Numbered from the stretch's first letter, positions 19,890-30,323 are shown. The stretch: 64,000 nucleotides of DNA from an uncultured Verrucomicrobiae bacterium (GCA_963702845.1 OY969763.1:192001-256000), one strand, 5' to 3'. The notes: generated from the letters alone by a model not told the origin. Numbers and translations are program-made.

Positions 19890-20413
19890 GCACGCCAATA
19901 CAATTTAAAGGCCATTTGGTCGGGTTAGTTTCGATAGCGGCGTTGTTTGTTACGACTGCGTTGATCGTCAGCGGTTGTGGTAATGCCCCGACAGGGGCGG
20001 CGCAGACTAAAAAAGGCGATGACAAGGCGAAAGTTTCGCAAAGTTCCACCAACGAGCTGGCGATGGAAACGAAAGCCGAGTTCGATGACGATTTGAAGAC
20101 GACGAAGGACCCATTTTTCCCAAATTCGAAACGTCGATACGGCAAAGCCGCGAATGGCAAGACAGTTGCTCAGCTACCGAGAGTGGCTGACCTCCGGTTG
20201 TACGGTGTGATCGGGTCGCCCGGCAAGTATATCGCCATGATTAACGACAAAACATTTGCAGAAGGGGACAAAACTCAGGTCTCAGTGGGATCCAACCAAT
20301 ACTTCGTAGTCAAGGTCAACCAAATCACCGCCAAATCCGTAACCATTAAGGTTGATGGTGAAGCAGCTCCACGCGACCTACAGTTGGACGCGGCGCAGGA
20401 GGCAAAGAAGTGA
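19886..20413 (+). CDS. PilP/GspC-like (lipo)protein
   Basis: Hydrophobic segment ending VSGC, the KDPFFP motif, and LRLYGVIG..AMINDKTFAEGD..VNQITAKSVTI (HR-domain-like). ATGA overlap with the upstream gene. Confidence 0.7.
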   Translation: MSTPIQFKGHLVGLVSIAALFVTTALIVSGCGNAPTGAAQTKKGDDKAKVSQSSTNELAMETKAEFDDDLKTTKDPFFPNSKRRYGKAANGKTVAQLPRVADLRLYGVIGSPGKYIAMINDKTFAEGDKTQVSVGSNQYFVVKVNQITAKSVTIKVDGEAAPRDLQLDAAQEAKK

Positions 20414-22133
20414 ACACCGGAAACACGAACGAACGTCAGTTGAGAATTGCAGATAAGCCTATGAAAATCAAAATGTCCCTCATTCTCGTCGTTGCACTTG
20501 CCGCAAGTGGCATTTGCCGCGCCGAAGTCCAGGACGCCGCCAAAACTAAAGCCGCCCCCGCTGGTGGCATGAAGGCGGTGGCCAACGCGGCGCCCGAAGA
20601 GATCGCCGCCGTCATCGAGTTTAATTCCGACACTACCTTGCCTCAGGCGGTTCAGACGCTGGCGCGCTCAGCCGGAATCAATATTCAATTTGACCCGGTG
20701 CTAATCAACGCCACAAAACCGGACGGCACGCCAATGCCGGCCCCGGTCGTCAATGCCGTGCGTTGGGAGAACATCACGCCCAAACAGGCGTTGAACGCGC
20801 TGCTTGATAACTACAACTGGCGTTTGGTGCAGGACGTCAATACCGGCATCTCGCGGGTGACACGCAAGGACACGAACTCCGAGCCAATGATCACCACGGT
20901 TGTGCAATTGAGCTACGCCAGCCCGACGAACATTGCTCATGCCGTTACGAACACGCTGTCTAAAACCAGCCGAATCATTCCCGACCTTCGCACCAGCCAA
21001 ATTATCGTTCTCACTCAGGAGAAGGAACTCGAAGGGTTGATTGCGCTGATCAAGAAACTGGACCGCCCAACAAAACAGGTGTTGATCGAAGCCAAGATCA
21101 TGGAAACGGTTCGCAACCCGTCGATCGATCAAAGGAATCAATTGGACGGATACACTTGCCGGGCAAAACTTCACTTTCGGAAATGGAGTTACAACCGGGA
21201 CAGTCAACTCAACGCAGACGACGGGAAGCGGCGGCACAGGTGCTGGCACAACCACGCCGAACGCGGGACACTTCCTATCGGGCGGCGACGGGCTGGCGGG
21301 CGGTTTGACGAACGTCACCCAGCTGATCACGTCAGTTGGCAACGGTGGACTCAGCGTGAACACGGCTCGTGGGTTTAGCCCGGCGACAGCGTTCCTGAAT
21401 GCGGACGGAGTTCATGCCGTGCTCTCGTTCCTGAATTCGGATTCGGACACGAAGTCTCTCGCCTGGCCGCGCACTGTTTCGCTGGATGGCGTCCCGACCG
21501 AACTGTCGGTCGTTCGCAACGTCCCGATTTTCGAACAGGACCAAAGCGGCGCCACCGGTAGCACTGGTCCCGTCGCCACTGCCAAGCCCATTTACGATAA
21601 AAAAGTCGGCAATACCCTGCTCAGCGAAGTGGGTATCAAACTCGCACGTTATTCCGCGCATCGTTGGTATGACCAACGTCTTGTTGGAAGTTGTGCCGGA
21701 AATCTCCGCCCAAGAAGCGCAGCCTGCAGTTCAGACCCTTAACGGTTAGACCTATACTGCGCCTGTTTTCTCGCGTCGCAAGATCACGACTCAGGCGACT
21801 GTCCCGAGCGGCTACACGCTGGTGCTCGGCGGTTTGGACAACGACAACACATCGAAGATCAACACCAAGGTGCCGATCCTCGGCGATATTCCTGGTCTTG
21901 GCATGTTGTTCCGCAGCGATTCGAAGCAACGGACGAAGCAGAACCTACTTATCTTCGTGACGCCAACAATCGTGGAAGACGGCGATTATCAACGCACGCC
22001 GACAGATTTCCTGAAGACGAAGTTTGCTCCGATACCGGAGAAGGATGAGACGGCCTGGGACAGTGCTCAGCCCTATGACTGGACCAAACCAAATAATCCT
22101 GATGAGCCTTGCAAGAGCCCGAAGGCCCAATAA
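20410..22133 (+). CDS. Secretin (PilQ/GspD family); two apparent frameshifts and one in-frame TAG
   Basis: N0/N3-like region (VQLSYA..DLRTSQIIV..IKKLDRPTKQVLIEAKIME) and secretin core (VGIKL..SGYTLVLGGL..KVPILGDIPGLGMLFRS..NLLIFVTPTIV). Breaks near 21125 and 21650; TAG at 21747-21749. Confidence 0.9.
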
Positions 22134-22157
22134 CGCGAACAAACGAACAAGCAACCT

Positions 22158-25100
22158 ATGCAACTAACGCGAATTAAATCCGCAAGCATAGCGAGGCACA
22201 TTATGAATAAAACAATTCGCCCGTTCGCGCCGGTGGCGGCCCTTTCGGTGGCATTGCTCTCCTTCGCACTGGCCGCCGTCGCCGACGTGGACGTGCAGAC
22301 GCTCGGTGGCGGTCGCTTGACCCAGGGCGGTCACGATTACGGTAATGCCAATGGAAATACCTACACCCAGGCGCAGTTTAATACGCCATGGGCAACAGCG
22401 CTTGATTCGTCCGGCACCATGTATATGGCCGATCGCTTGAATAATACGATCCGCCAGATTTCAAAGGTTGGCGATTTGCAGAACAGCCAGACCACCAACT
22501 ACATTAACGGTTTGATTTTGAACGCGCCGATCGGCGTCGTTGTAGATGGCAGCGACAATCTTTACGTTCTGACCAGCGACAACGTTGTTCGCAAATACAA
22601 CCAGTTCAAAAACCTGGTCGCTTCGAATTATCTCGGCAACGTGTCGGGACCGAGCGCGATGACGCTCGCGCCTAATGGCACAAGCCTTTATATCTGCTAC
22701 ACCAGCGGCTGCATTTTCGAGGTTTTCCAAAATGGAACCACGCGCCTGGTGCTAAGTAACTGCGGAACGATGCGCGGTATCGGCGTGTTGCCGAGTGGTG
22801 AAATCGTGGTCAGCCTCGGAAACAGCTCGTCGTTTACAAACGCGATCATTGTTTGCTCCGCTAACAGTCCTGACCCGGCAAATCCGGTGATTCGGTTGTT
22901 AGCCGGCAATAACGGCACGGGATTTGTTGATGGCACGGCTGGTTTCGCGAAGTTCAATGGTCCGCATGGTTTGGCCGTGACGGTCGATGGCAAAGTTATT
23001 GTCGCTGATCGCTACAACAACCGTGTTCGCATCGTTGACGGCGCCGGCACCACGACGACGCTTTACGGCATCGACCCAGCGAATTGGAATAGCTCCTATT
23101 TCCCCGGATGGGTGGATGGCAGTCAAACTGACGCTGCATCACGCGAGCCGGTGAGCGTTTGCATTTCGACAAACGGCTTGGTGTTTACAACAGAAGTCTA
23201 TTACCACCTCTTACGTGAAGTTACTGGCAGTGGGCTGACCACAGGCACTACTGGCGGTGGAACCAACATTGTCCCAGTGACGGTGCTGCCACCAACGTTT
23301 ACTCCGAGTTGCGGCTACTATCCGCAATGCCAAACCATCACGGTCAATACCTCCGGCGGCAACGTGTATTACACCACCGATGGCTCTGAACCGACGACCA
23401 ACAGTTTTTTTGTCGCGACGCCCAACAACGTCGGCACGTTTAACTGGTGCAACTCAACTAACAGCCTGACCAGTCTGCGCATGAAGTCGTTTGTTGGACC
23501 GAATTCGAGCACGACAGTCGCGGGCGGCGCTTGTGGCGACAACGAAATTGGATTCACGAAAGACGTGAACGCCGGTGTTGGCTCGACGGTGGTTGTTCCC
23601 GTTGTGGTTTCGTTGCAAACGAGCGGAGTGCTGAAGTCGCTGCAATTCCGCGTTGAAGTAAATTCTGCGAATGGCACGCCGGACGCGGTGACAGAATTCG
23701 AAGGGTTGTCGGTTGGTGCGAACGACTTCATTTCAGTTGTCGGACCCACAAATGCAACAATTACGAGCTACTCTTACACGAACGCAAGCAACGGCCGAGG
23801 GCTAGTGGTGTCGGCGACTGGGACAAGCGGCTTCAATGTGAAAAACTATGGCGTGGTGGCGATGTTGAAGATCACCATCCCGACCACATGCACGGTCGGA
23901 CAATCGTATTCCTTGAGCATTCTCTACCCGTCGGCGACATCCGATGGCATGCAGGCAGACGTTCCAATGACGACCATGCCGGCGCGCAGTCTCAATATTC
24001 AAACGATTCAGTACTTGGCGGGCGATTCGTCACCTGGGCGTTGGTATAACGCCGGTGATTTTGGCGACTCAGTTCTCACGAGCTCAGACGTTAACAATGC
24101 GCTTTATGCCTCTATGGGTATTCGTAAGCCATGGGAATTCACTGATGCCTTCCAAGCAATGGATACATACCCGGAAACATCTACCCAAATTGGTGACGGC
24201 CGTATTAGATTGCTGGATTGGCAGACGATTCTGTTCCGTTCTGTCGGACTCACTAATGATAACTGGTTGCGTTACTGGGACACGACCGGCGACTTGGCGC
24301 ACGTCCCGACATCCCAGACGGTTACGCCGCATGGTGTGACTCCTCGATTCGTTGCTGCTCCTGGCACGATTTGGTTGCGTCAGGCGGTGATCGGATCAGC
24401 CGTTGCTGCAAATCAGCTTCCGGGCAACGTATGCTCGTTGCCGGTGTATGCAAAAGTCGGAACCGGTTTCAGCCTGGCTGGCTTGCAGTTCCGCGCGACG
24501 CTGCTACCCGAAGGTAATGCTCCGACACCAGGCGCAATAACCTTCACGCCGGCACCGAATATTACAGGTGGCCAGGTGTTGCCGGGGCTCTCCGCAAACG
24601 ACATCGTTTGCGCATGGTCGCTCGGCACGTTGGCTTCGCCGTTGCAGAACAGCAACCTGATCGGCCAAATCACCTTCACCGTACCGGGCGCAGCGCAAGT
24701 GGGACAGCACTATACTTTGCGGTTCTCTTATGTCGATGGCGCCCCCGATATTAATACCCAGTATGATTTGGAGAGTTTCCCCGGTTCAGCTTGGGTGATG
24801 TCCGCGGCTATATCTGCGCCGTCATCCACCTCCGATGAATGGAAGATTAACTTCTTTGGCAGCCTGACCAACGCGCTGGCTGCTGACAATGTTGATGCCG
24901 ATAACGACGGCGTCCCCAACTGGAAAGAATACCGGGCCGGCACAAATCCGAACGACGTGGGTTCGTTCCTCCATTTCACTTCAGCGATTTCTGCTACCGG
25001 TGCCACCACGCTGACGTGGCTAAGCGCCCCGAATAAAACGTATATCATTGAAGGTGCTTCATTAATCAACGCAACAACCTGGACCACTGTCAGCAGTGTT

Positions 25101-25181
25101 GTGGGTGATGGCAACGTGAAACAGGTTACTGAACCCAACACTGGCACAGTCCAATTCTATCGTATCCGCCTGCAACCATGA
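22158..25181 (+). CDS. Exported NHL-propeller protein with CHB_HEX_C-like, cohesin-like, dockerin-like, cohesin-like and FYR-type domains
   Basis: Signal peptide (start may be 22203). AQFNTPWATALD and AKFNGPHGLAV NHL repeats; YYTTDGSEPT; GDFGDSVLTSSDV..AMD..GDGRIRLLDW; DADNDGVPNWKEYRAGTNP; ends QFYRIRLQP. Confidence 0.85.
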   Translation: MQLTRIKSASIARHIMNKTIRPFAPVAALSVALLSFALAAVADVDVQTLGGGRLTQGGHDYGNANGNTYTQAQFNTPWATALDSSGTMYMADRLNNTIRQISKVGDLQNSQTTNYINGLILNAPIGVVVDGSDNLYVLTSDNVVRKYNQFKNLVASNYLGNVSGPSAMTLAPNGTSLYICYTSGCIFEVFQNGTTRLVLSNCGTMRGIGVLPSGEIVVSLGNSSSFTNAIIVCSANSPDPANPVIRLLAGNNGTGFVDGTAGFAKFNGPHGLAVTVDGKVIVADRYNNRVRIVDGAGTTTTLYGIDPANWNSSYFPGWVDGSQTDAASREPVSVCISTNGLVFTTEVYYHLLREVTGSGLTTGTTGGGTNIVPVTVLPPTFTPSCGYYPQCQTITVNTSGGNVYYTTDGSEPTTNSFFVATPNNVGTFNWCNSTNSLTSLRMKSFVGPNSSTTVAGGACGDNEIGFTKDVNAGVGSTVVVPVVVSLQTSGVLKSLQFRVEVNSANGTPDAVTEFEGLSVGANDFISVVGPTNATITSYSYTNASNGRGLVVSATGTSGFNVKNYGVVAMLKITIPTTCTVGQSYSLSILYPSATSDGMQADVPMTTMPARSLNIQTIQYLAGDSSPGRWYNAGDFGDSVLTSSDVNNALYASMGIRKPWEFTDAFQAMDTYPETSTQIGDGRIRLLDWQTILFRSVGLTNDNWLRYWDTTGDLAHVPTSQTVTPHGVTPRFVAAPGTIWLRQAVIGSAVAANQLPGNVCSLPVYAKVGTGFSLAGLQFRATLLPEGNAPTPGAITFTPAPNITGGQVLPGLSANDIVCAWSLGTLASPLQNSNLIGQITFTVPGAAQVGQHYTLRFSYVDGAPDINTQYDLESFPGSAWVMSAAISAPSSTSDEWKINFFGSLTNALAADNVDADNDGVPNWKEYRAGTNPNDVGSFLHFTSAISATGATTLTWLSAPNKTYIIEGASLINATTWTTVSSVVGDGNVKQVTEPNTGTVQFYRIRLQP

Positions 25182-28100
25182 GTACGCACCTGGAAAAAAA
25201 TCTATTGAAAGTGAAAATGAATACGCGTCTCACCACCCTCGCCCTCGGACTAGTCCTGTCGGTTTCGACATCTTTGCACGCGCAAAATGTCGCCACGGTT
25301 ATCTCGTCCAACTTGTTTGAACCGAACAGCGTTGCCGTTGATGCCAACAACATCGCGTATCTGACCGACGGTGCGAACAATCGTATTATGAAATACGACC
25401 CATCCACCGCTGCTGCTACGCTGTTGGCGGGAAATATCGCCGCTAACGGTACCAATAACGGCTTAGGCGCTTCTGCCCGATTTTTTCAGCCGGCCGGAAT
25501 TGTTTACGCCCGAGGCGGGCTCGTGGTTGCAGATTCAGGCAATCAACTGCTGCGCTTCGTCACCTTGAATGGTGTAGTCAGTAACCTTGCTGGTGTTTAC
25601 AGCAGCTCTGGTGGCTATGTCGAGGGTGCGGCGAATTCAGCTCAATTCAGCTTTCCGCTGGGGCTCGCTACCGATGCGAATGGAAATATCTACATTGCAG
25701 ATTCGGGCAACAATGCAATTCGCGTGCTCGATACAAACAACGTTGTCTCTACGTATAAAACTGGGTTCTACCAACCGTCTGCCGTTGCGGTGGGTGATAA
25801 TGGTGATCTCTGGGTGGCGGACACTCGCAATGACATGATCGTTAGGGTGGACTCGAATAAAGTGGCTACGGTGATGGCTGGCGCAAAGAAGGTTGTGGGG
25901 ACGGACGATGGGCTCCCCTCGACGGATGCGCGTCTGAATTTGCCAAGTGGATTGTTGTGGGTAAACACGGCAACGGGGCTTCTGATTTCTGACACAGGTA
26001 ACAATACGATCCGCCGTCTTTATTATGATAACGCTGCGCAAGCGTGGTCGCTGCAAACGGTTGCGGGACAAGCCGGCCAGGCGGGTGAGCTCGATGGCAA
26101 TCCTAACACCGCCAAATTCAATGCGCCACTCGGCCTTACCTTCGACGTTCAGGACAGCGGGTTTTATATAGTTGACAACTCTGGCAATGCGCTGCGTCGC
26201 TTGCAGACAAGCGCGCCGCAGCCGGCCGTTTCCGATCCAGCTTTGGGATGGGTTGATTTCCCGCCGAATAACTTAGGAGAGAGGCTTTCGGTGTTTAAAA
26301 CCGTGGTTCAAAGTGTCTTCAACAATGATGTCATCATTGCGGTCAAGACTGAAACTGGTGTGAAAACGTACATTACTTCGGGTCCGACGCCAACCAACGC
26401 GTTTGTTGATACGATCCCAACTCCCGGTCCAATTACCGGAACGACGCCCCCAACGTACATTGGCGATAATCTTCCGGCATCAGAATGCGCGCCGACGATT
26501 GTTGGACCATTGCCGGATCTGACCATCAAAGCTATCTGTATGGCTGATGGTCGGCGCCCTAGCTCTGTCGTTAGTGCGCGATATCAGTTCCAGGTCGGAA
26601 ACCCGGTCATCTATGGAACAAATGGCTATTTTCTGCAACTTTCGAACATCACTTCGGGTGCAATGATGTATTACACTATCGATGGAAGCGACCCGACGAA
26701 CGATCCGACGGTAAGCCTCGGGCCCGTTGCGAACGGGGACTTTATTACGCTACCTTTTCCCACCAACAGCTTCGTGCTGAAGGTTCGCGGGTATAAGAAT
26801 AACTATGTTTCGAGCGGAGTGGTCGGCCAAACGCTCTCTCCGACGAACTTCATCGCCAACAACTTGACCTTTGGTTTCGGTTCGGGTGAAGCCTCCAGTC
26901 AGTTCATTGCTGCCGCCGGCCAACGTTTTTATGCGCCGGTCACGTTAACTCTCTTGGGCGGTCAGAAAATGTATTCACTGCAATTCAATGCCACGGTGAC
27001 CAACCTGACCGGGCCAGCGGTCGGCACAACGTTTGACTTTCGATCGTTTTTGGAAAAGCCAACATCCAACGGAGTATTCACTATTATACCTCCGGCGATG
27101 TTTGACGGGACCAGTGTTTCAGGCATGGTTTTCACCAACACGAGCGAAAACCTGCTTGGTGTCGGCTGGTTTGAACGCTTTACGCAGACGAACCTTTATA
27201 ACAGCCAAAGCCAAGACTTGATTACCTACTCCCAGCCGCACGATACGCAGTTTCTCAGCGCAAAAGGAAAAGTGGTGCTCGGTGGCTATTCGTTCGTCGT
27301 CCCGACATCAGCAGCAATGGGCCAAACCTACCAAATTCAGCTCGACCGACCGTCGGCGAGCGCTAATGGTATCAACCAGTCTGCGATTATTCTTGCCCCT
27401 ACAAACGGTGCAATAAAGACGGTAACTGTTGGGTCGATCCCTTATGTTGTTGGAAGCGTCGCACCCTTCCAATGGTTCAACGCCGGTGATTTCGGTGACG
27501 GTACCATCAACAACGTCGATGTGCTCCAGGTATTTCAATCAGCGGTTTATGGTTTCAACAGCCCTCCGCCTGGAAGCGACTTCTTTGACGCGATGGATTC
27601 TTCGAATGGCGGCAGCAGTTCGCTGGACGGCGATGACACGCTAATAAATAATATCATGACGGGCGACCAACAACTACAAGTAGATGATATTTACGTTACG
27701 TTCCGCCGCTCTTTAGATCCTTCACTGACTTGGTATGCCCGATATTGGTCGAACGGCGTTCTCAATGTGGTACCTGTGGCTAACATCGGCACCGGCAGCA
27801 TGTCCGCAAGCTCTAAGCAAGCTGTCGCGCCAAAGATTTCGTCGTCACCCCGATGGGCAAACGTTGCTCCGGATGATATTCAAGCGCCAGCTGGTTCGAC
27901 GGTACAAATCCCCGTTCGCGCTTCAATTGCTGGCAACCTGCCCATCCGCGTCATGGCTGTGAATATTGACGTGCAAGGTTTGGACGGTTCTCCGATTATC
28001 AACTCCCAGGTTTTGTTCGCTCCTGCGGCGGGTTTGGGCTCACCAACATTTAGCGCATCACAGGGTGCTGGCAATACGGCGGGTGCATGGCTGGACTCGA

Positions 28101-28654
28101 CGGTTGCCGGCGTTAGTGGGACGAACATTCTGGGCATGTTGACGGTTAGTATACCGACGAACGCAACTGCCAGCTCTGCCTGGAAAGTGCACTTCAGTCA
28201 CTTGAGCGTGTCGCCGAACGGGGTGGGCTTGTTCCCGCTCACGATTCAGGACGCGTTGATCACGACGGCGAATCGCTCCGGTTCAAGCTGGGGTGACGGC
28301 ATCCCTGATTCATGGCGCTTGCGTTGGTTTGGTTCAGTTTCGAACCTGCTCTCAGGCGCGAACCTTGATCCAGACGGCGATGGCCACTCTAACTACGCCG
28401 AGTATGTGGCGGGAACTAATCCGTTGGACGGCATCTCGCACTTGAATGTGACCTGCCCGAGCGGCGCTTTTCGCAGTGCTCTGACATGGCCTTCAGTGTT
28501 CGGTAAGAAATATAGCGTGGAGTGCAGCTCTACGTTGTTTGGCGGAAGCTGGTCGTCAATTGCGACGAACCTGCCTGGCACTGGGCAACCGCAGCAGTTC
28601 GCTGATCCTAATCCGGCGAATGTCATGCGATTCTATCGCGTGAAGGTGCAGTAG
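25178..28654 (+). CDS. Paralogous exported NHL-propeller protein with the same cohesin-like / dockerin-like / cohesin-like / FYR-type architecture
   Basis: ATGA overlap with the previous gene. NHL repeats; YYTIDGSDPT; WFNAGDFGDGTINNVDV..FDAMD..GDQQLQVDDI; DPDGDGHSNYAEYVAGTNP; ends RFYRVKVQ. Confidence 0.85.
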   Translation: MSTHLEKNLLKVKMNTRLTTLALGLVLSVSTSLHAQNVATVISSNLFEPNSVAVDANNIAYLTDGANNRIMKYDPSTAAATLLAGNIAANGTNNGLGASARFFQPAGIVYARGGLVVADSGNQLLRFVTLNGVVSNLAGVYSSSGGYVEGAANSAQFSFPLGLATDANGNIYIADSGNNAIRVLDTNNVVSTYKTGFYQPSAVAVGDNGDLWVADTRNDMIVRVDSNKVATVMAGAKKVVGTDDGLPSTDARLNLPSGLLWVNTATGLLISDTGNNTIRRLYYDNAAQAWSLQTVAGQAGQAGELDGNPNTAKFNAPLGLTFDVQDSGFYIVDNSGNALRRLQTSAPQPAVSDPALGWVDFPPNNLGERLSVFKTVVQSVFNNDVIIAVKTETGVKTYITSGPTPTNAFVDTIPTPGPITGTTPPTYIGDNLPASECAPTIVGPLPDLTIKAICMADGRRPSSVVSARYQFQVGNPVIYGTNGYFLQLSNITSGAMMYYTIDGSDPTNDPTVSLGPVANGDFITLPFPTNSFVLKVRGYKNNYVSSGVVGQTLSPTNFIANNLTFGFGSGEASSQFIAAAGQRFYAPVTLTLLGGQKMYSLQFNATVTNLTGPAVGTTFDFRSFLEKPTSNGVFTIIPPAMFDGTSVSGMVFTNTSENLLGVGWFERFTQTNLYNSQSQDLITYSQPHDTQFLSAKGKVVLGGYSFVVPTSAAMGQTYQIQLDRPSASANGINQSAIILAPTNGAIKTVTVGSIPYVVGSVAPFQWFNAGDFGDGTINNVDVLQVFQSAVYGFNSPPPGSDFFDAMDSSNGGSSSLDGDDTLINNIMTGDQQLQVDDIYVTFRRSLDPSLTWYARYWSNGVLNVVPVANIGTGSMSASSKQAVAPKISSSPRWANVAPDDIQAPAGSTVQIPVRASIAGNLPIRVMAVNIDVQGLDGSPIINSQVLFAPAAGLGSPTFSASQGAGNTAGAWLDSTVAGVSGTNILGMLTVSIPTNATASSAWKVHFSHLSVSPNGVGLFPLTIQDALITTANRSGSSWGDGIPDSWRLRWFGSVSNLLSGANLDPDGDGHSNYAEYVAGTNPLDGISHLNVTCPSGAFRSALTWPSVFGKKYSVECSSTLFGGSWSSIATNLPGTGQPQQFADPNPANVMRFYRVKVQ

Positions 28655-28671
28655 CCCAAACAACAAATCAT

Positions 28672-28712
28672 AAGCAAGAACCCAGGAATATTTTCCTGGG
28701 TTCTTTGCTTTT
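28672..28712 (+). terminator. Intrinsic terminator closing the secretin/NHL operon
   Basis: gaacccaggaa-tatt-ttcctgggttc followed by tttgctttt. Confidence 0.8.
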
Positions 28713-28718
28713 GACTTT

Positions 28719-28878
28719 CAACGCAAAGACGCAAAGGAGCAGAGACGCAAAAGAGTGAGGCGAGTTATGGTCTGTTTACGGCGGGTGAGTTCCATGTTGA
28801 TGGTCGAAGCGTCTTGCCAGTCCGAGCGTCCAACCCCTCATGATCTTCGCGCCTTTGCCTCTTGGCGTCTTTGCGTTG
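28719..28878. repeat. ~160-bp element bounded by imperfect ~34-bp inverted repeats made of 9-nt units (MITE/REP-like)
   Basis: Left end caacgcaaagacgcaaaggagcagagacgcaaaag. Reverse complement of the right end is caacgcaaagacgccaagaggcaaaggcgcgaag; the first 14 nt are identical. Confidence 0.65.
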
Positions 28879-28879
28879 T

Positions 28880-30323
28880 CTATTTTACTGCAATTTCTTG
28901 TTTGATCTGGAACTTCTCAATGCGTTTGCGGAGCGTCGCGCGTGTGATTCCCAGAAGTTTCGCCGCCTGGACCTGGTTCCCTTTGGTTTCGAGCAGTGCC
29001 TGAATGATCAACTCGCGTTCGACCGCTGGGAGAACTTTCAGTTTACTGTTCTCACGAGCCCAGGAAAAGAGCGTCTTGCTGATAGATGCAAAATCGGGAG
29101 AACCGGACGCCGTGCCTGTGCTCGTTGATGTTGGCGCAGGGGCGGTGAACTGTCCTTTCGAAATTTCCCCCGGCAAATCGCCCGGCAAAATAACATCACC
29201 TTTGGAAACAACCGTGGCGCGCTCAATGACGTTCTCAAGCTCACGAACATTTCCCGGCCAGGTGAATTCCTGCAATAGCCTGAGAGTTTTCTCCGAGATT
29301 GCTTTCGGGCTGCCGTTCTGTTCTGAGGCGAATTTTTTTAAGAAATAGCTGACGAGCAGGGGGATATCGTCTCGGCCGCTCGCGTAAAGGCGGGATGCGC
29401 ACGCGGACGACGTTGAGTCGATAAAACAAATCTTCGCGGAACGCGCGGGCTTCCACCGCCTTCTCTAACGGCCGATGTGTCGCCGCAATGACTCGAACAT
29501 CTACCCGGATAGGCTGATTGCCACCAACGCGTTCAAATGTGCCATTCTGTAGGACGCGCAGAATTTTTGCCTGTGTCGGCAACGACATGTCACCAATTTC
29601 ATCTAGGAAAATGGTGCCGCCATTGCACTGTTCGAATTTGCCGATGCGCTGCGAAACCGCGCCTGTAAAAGCCCCTTTTTCGTAACCAAACAATTCGCTC
29701 TCGAGCAAGGTATCGGGAATAGCTGCGCAATTGATTGCGAGGAAAGCTTTGTCACCGCGTTTGCTGTGATTGTAAATCGCTCGCGCGACCAATTCTTTTC
29801 CGGTGCCGCTCTCGCCGGTGATCAGTGCCGTGGCATCGCTGGCGGCGAGTTGGCCGATCAACTTGAACACATTCTGCATCGGTTCGCTTCGACCGATGAT
29901 TCCCAAATCGTAATCTTCCGATTCGAGCAGCGGTTGATAGGAGACAACCTGCTTCATGTCACGCGCGGCTTTTAGCGCATCGAGAACGAGTTGTTTCAGC
30001 TTCGGGACATCGAACGGCTTGAGCAAATAATCGTAGGCACCCAGCTTCATCGCTTCGATAGCCGTTTGCGTGCTGCCGTAAGCGGTCATCATGATGACCA
30101 TTTGTTTGGAATTAAACTGGCGCAGTCGCCGCAATGTCTCCAGGCCGCTGATTCCACCCATACGAACGTCCATGATCACGAGATCAGGCTTAACTTTTGG
30201 GATGAGTTTGAGCCCTTCTTCGCCGCTGTTGGCAGTGGTGAGTTCGATGTTCGCGCCGTCGAAAATGCGGCGGAACGAGTATTGCACGTCCGCTTCATCA
30301 TCGATTAGCAGCAGTTTATCCAT
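28880..30323 (-). CDS. Sigma-54-dependent response regulator (NtrC/AtoC family); one frameshift near 29370
   Basis: Receiver LLLIDDE, GESGTGKE, GAFTGA, FLDEIGD, WPGNVRELEN and Fis HTH (GNQVQAAKLLGITRATL). Confidence 0.92.

Noticed and set aside
21747..21749. Amber readthrough or alternative genetic code
   Set aside because: TAG terminates several intact genes in the window, this is a single instance, and no pyrrolysine machinery is visible.
22158..28654. True cellulosome scaffoldin
   Set aside because: No tandem cohesin array, CBM3 or dockerin-bearing glycoside hydrolases are recognisable in the window.
28755..28845. Small peptide ORFs inside the inverted-repeat element
   Set aside because: Only 21-25 codons, no clear RBS and no recognisable similarity.
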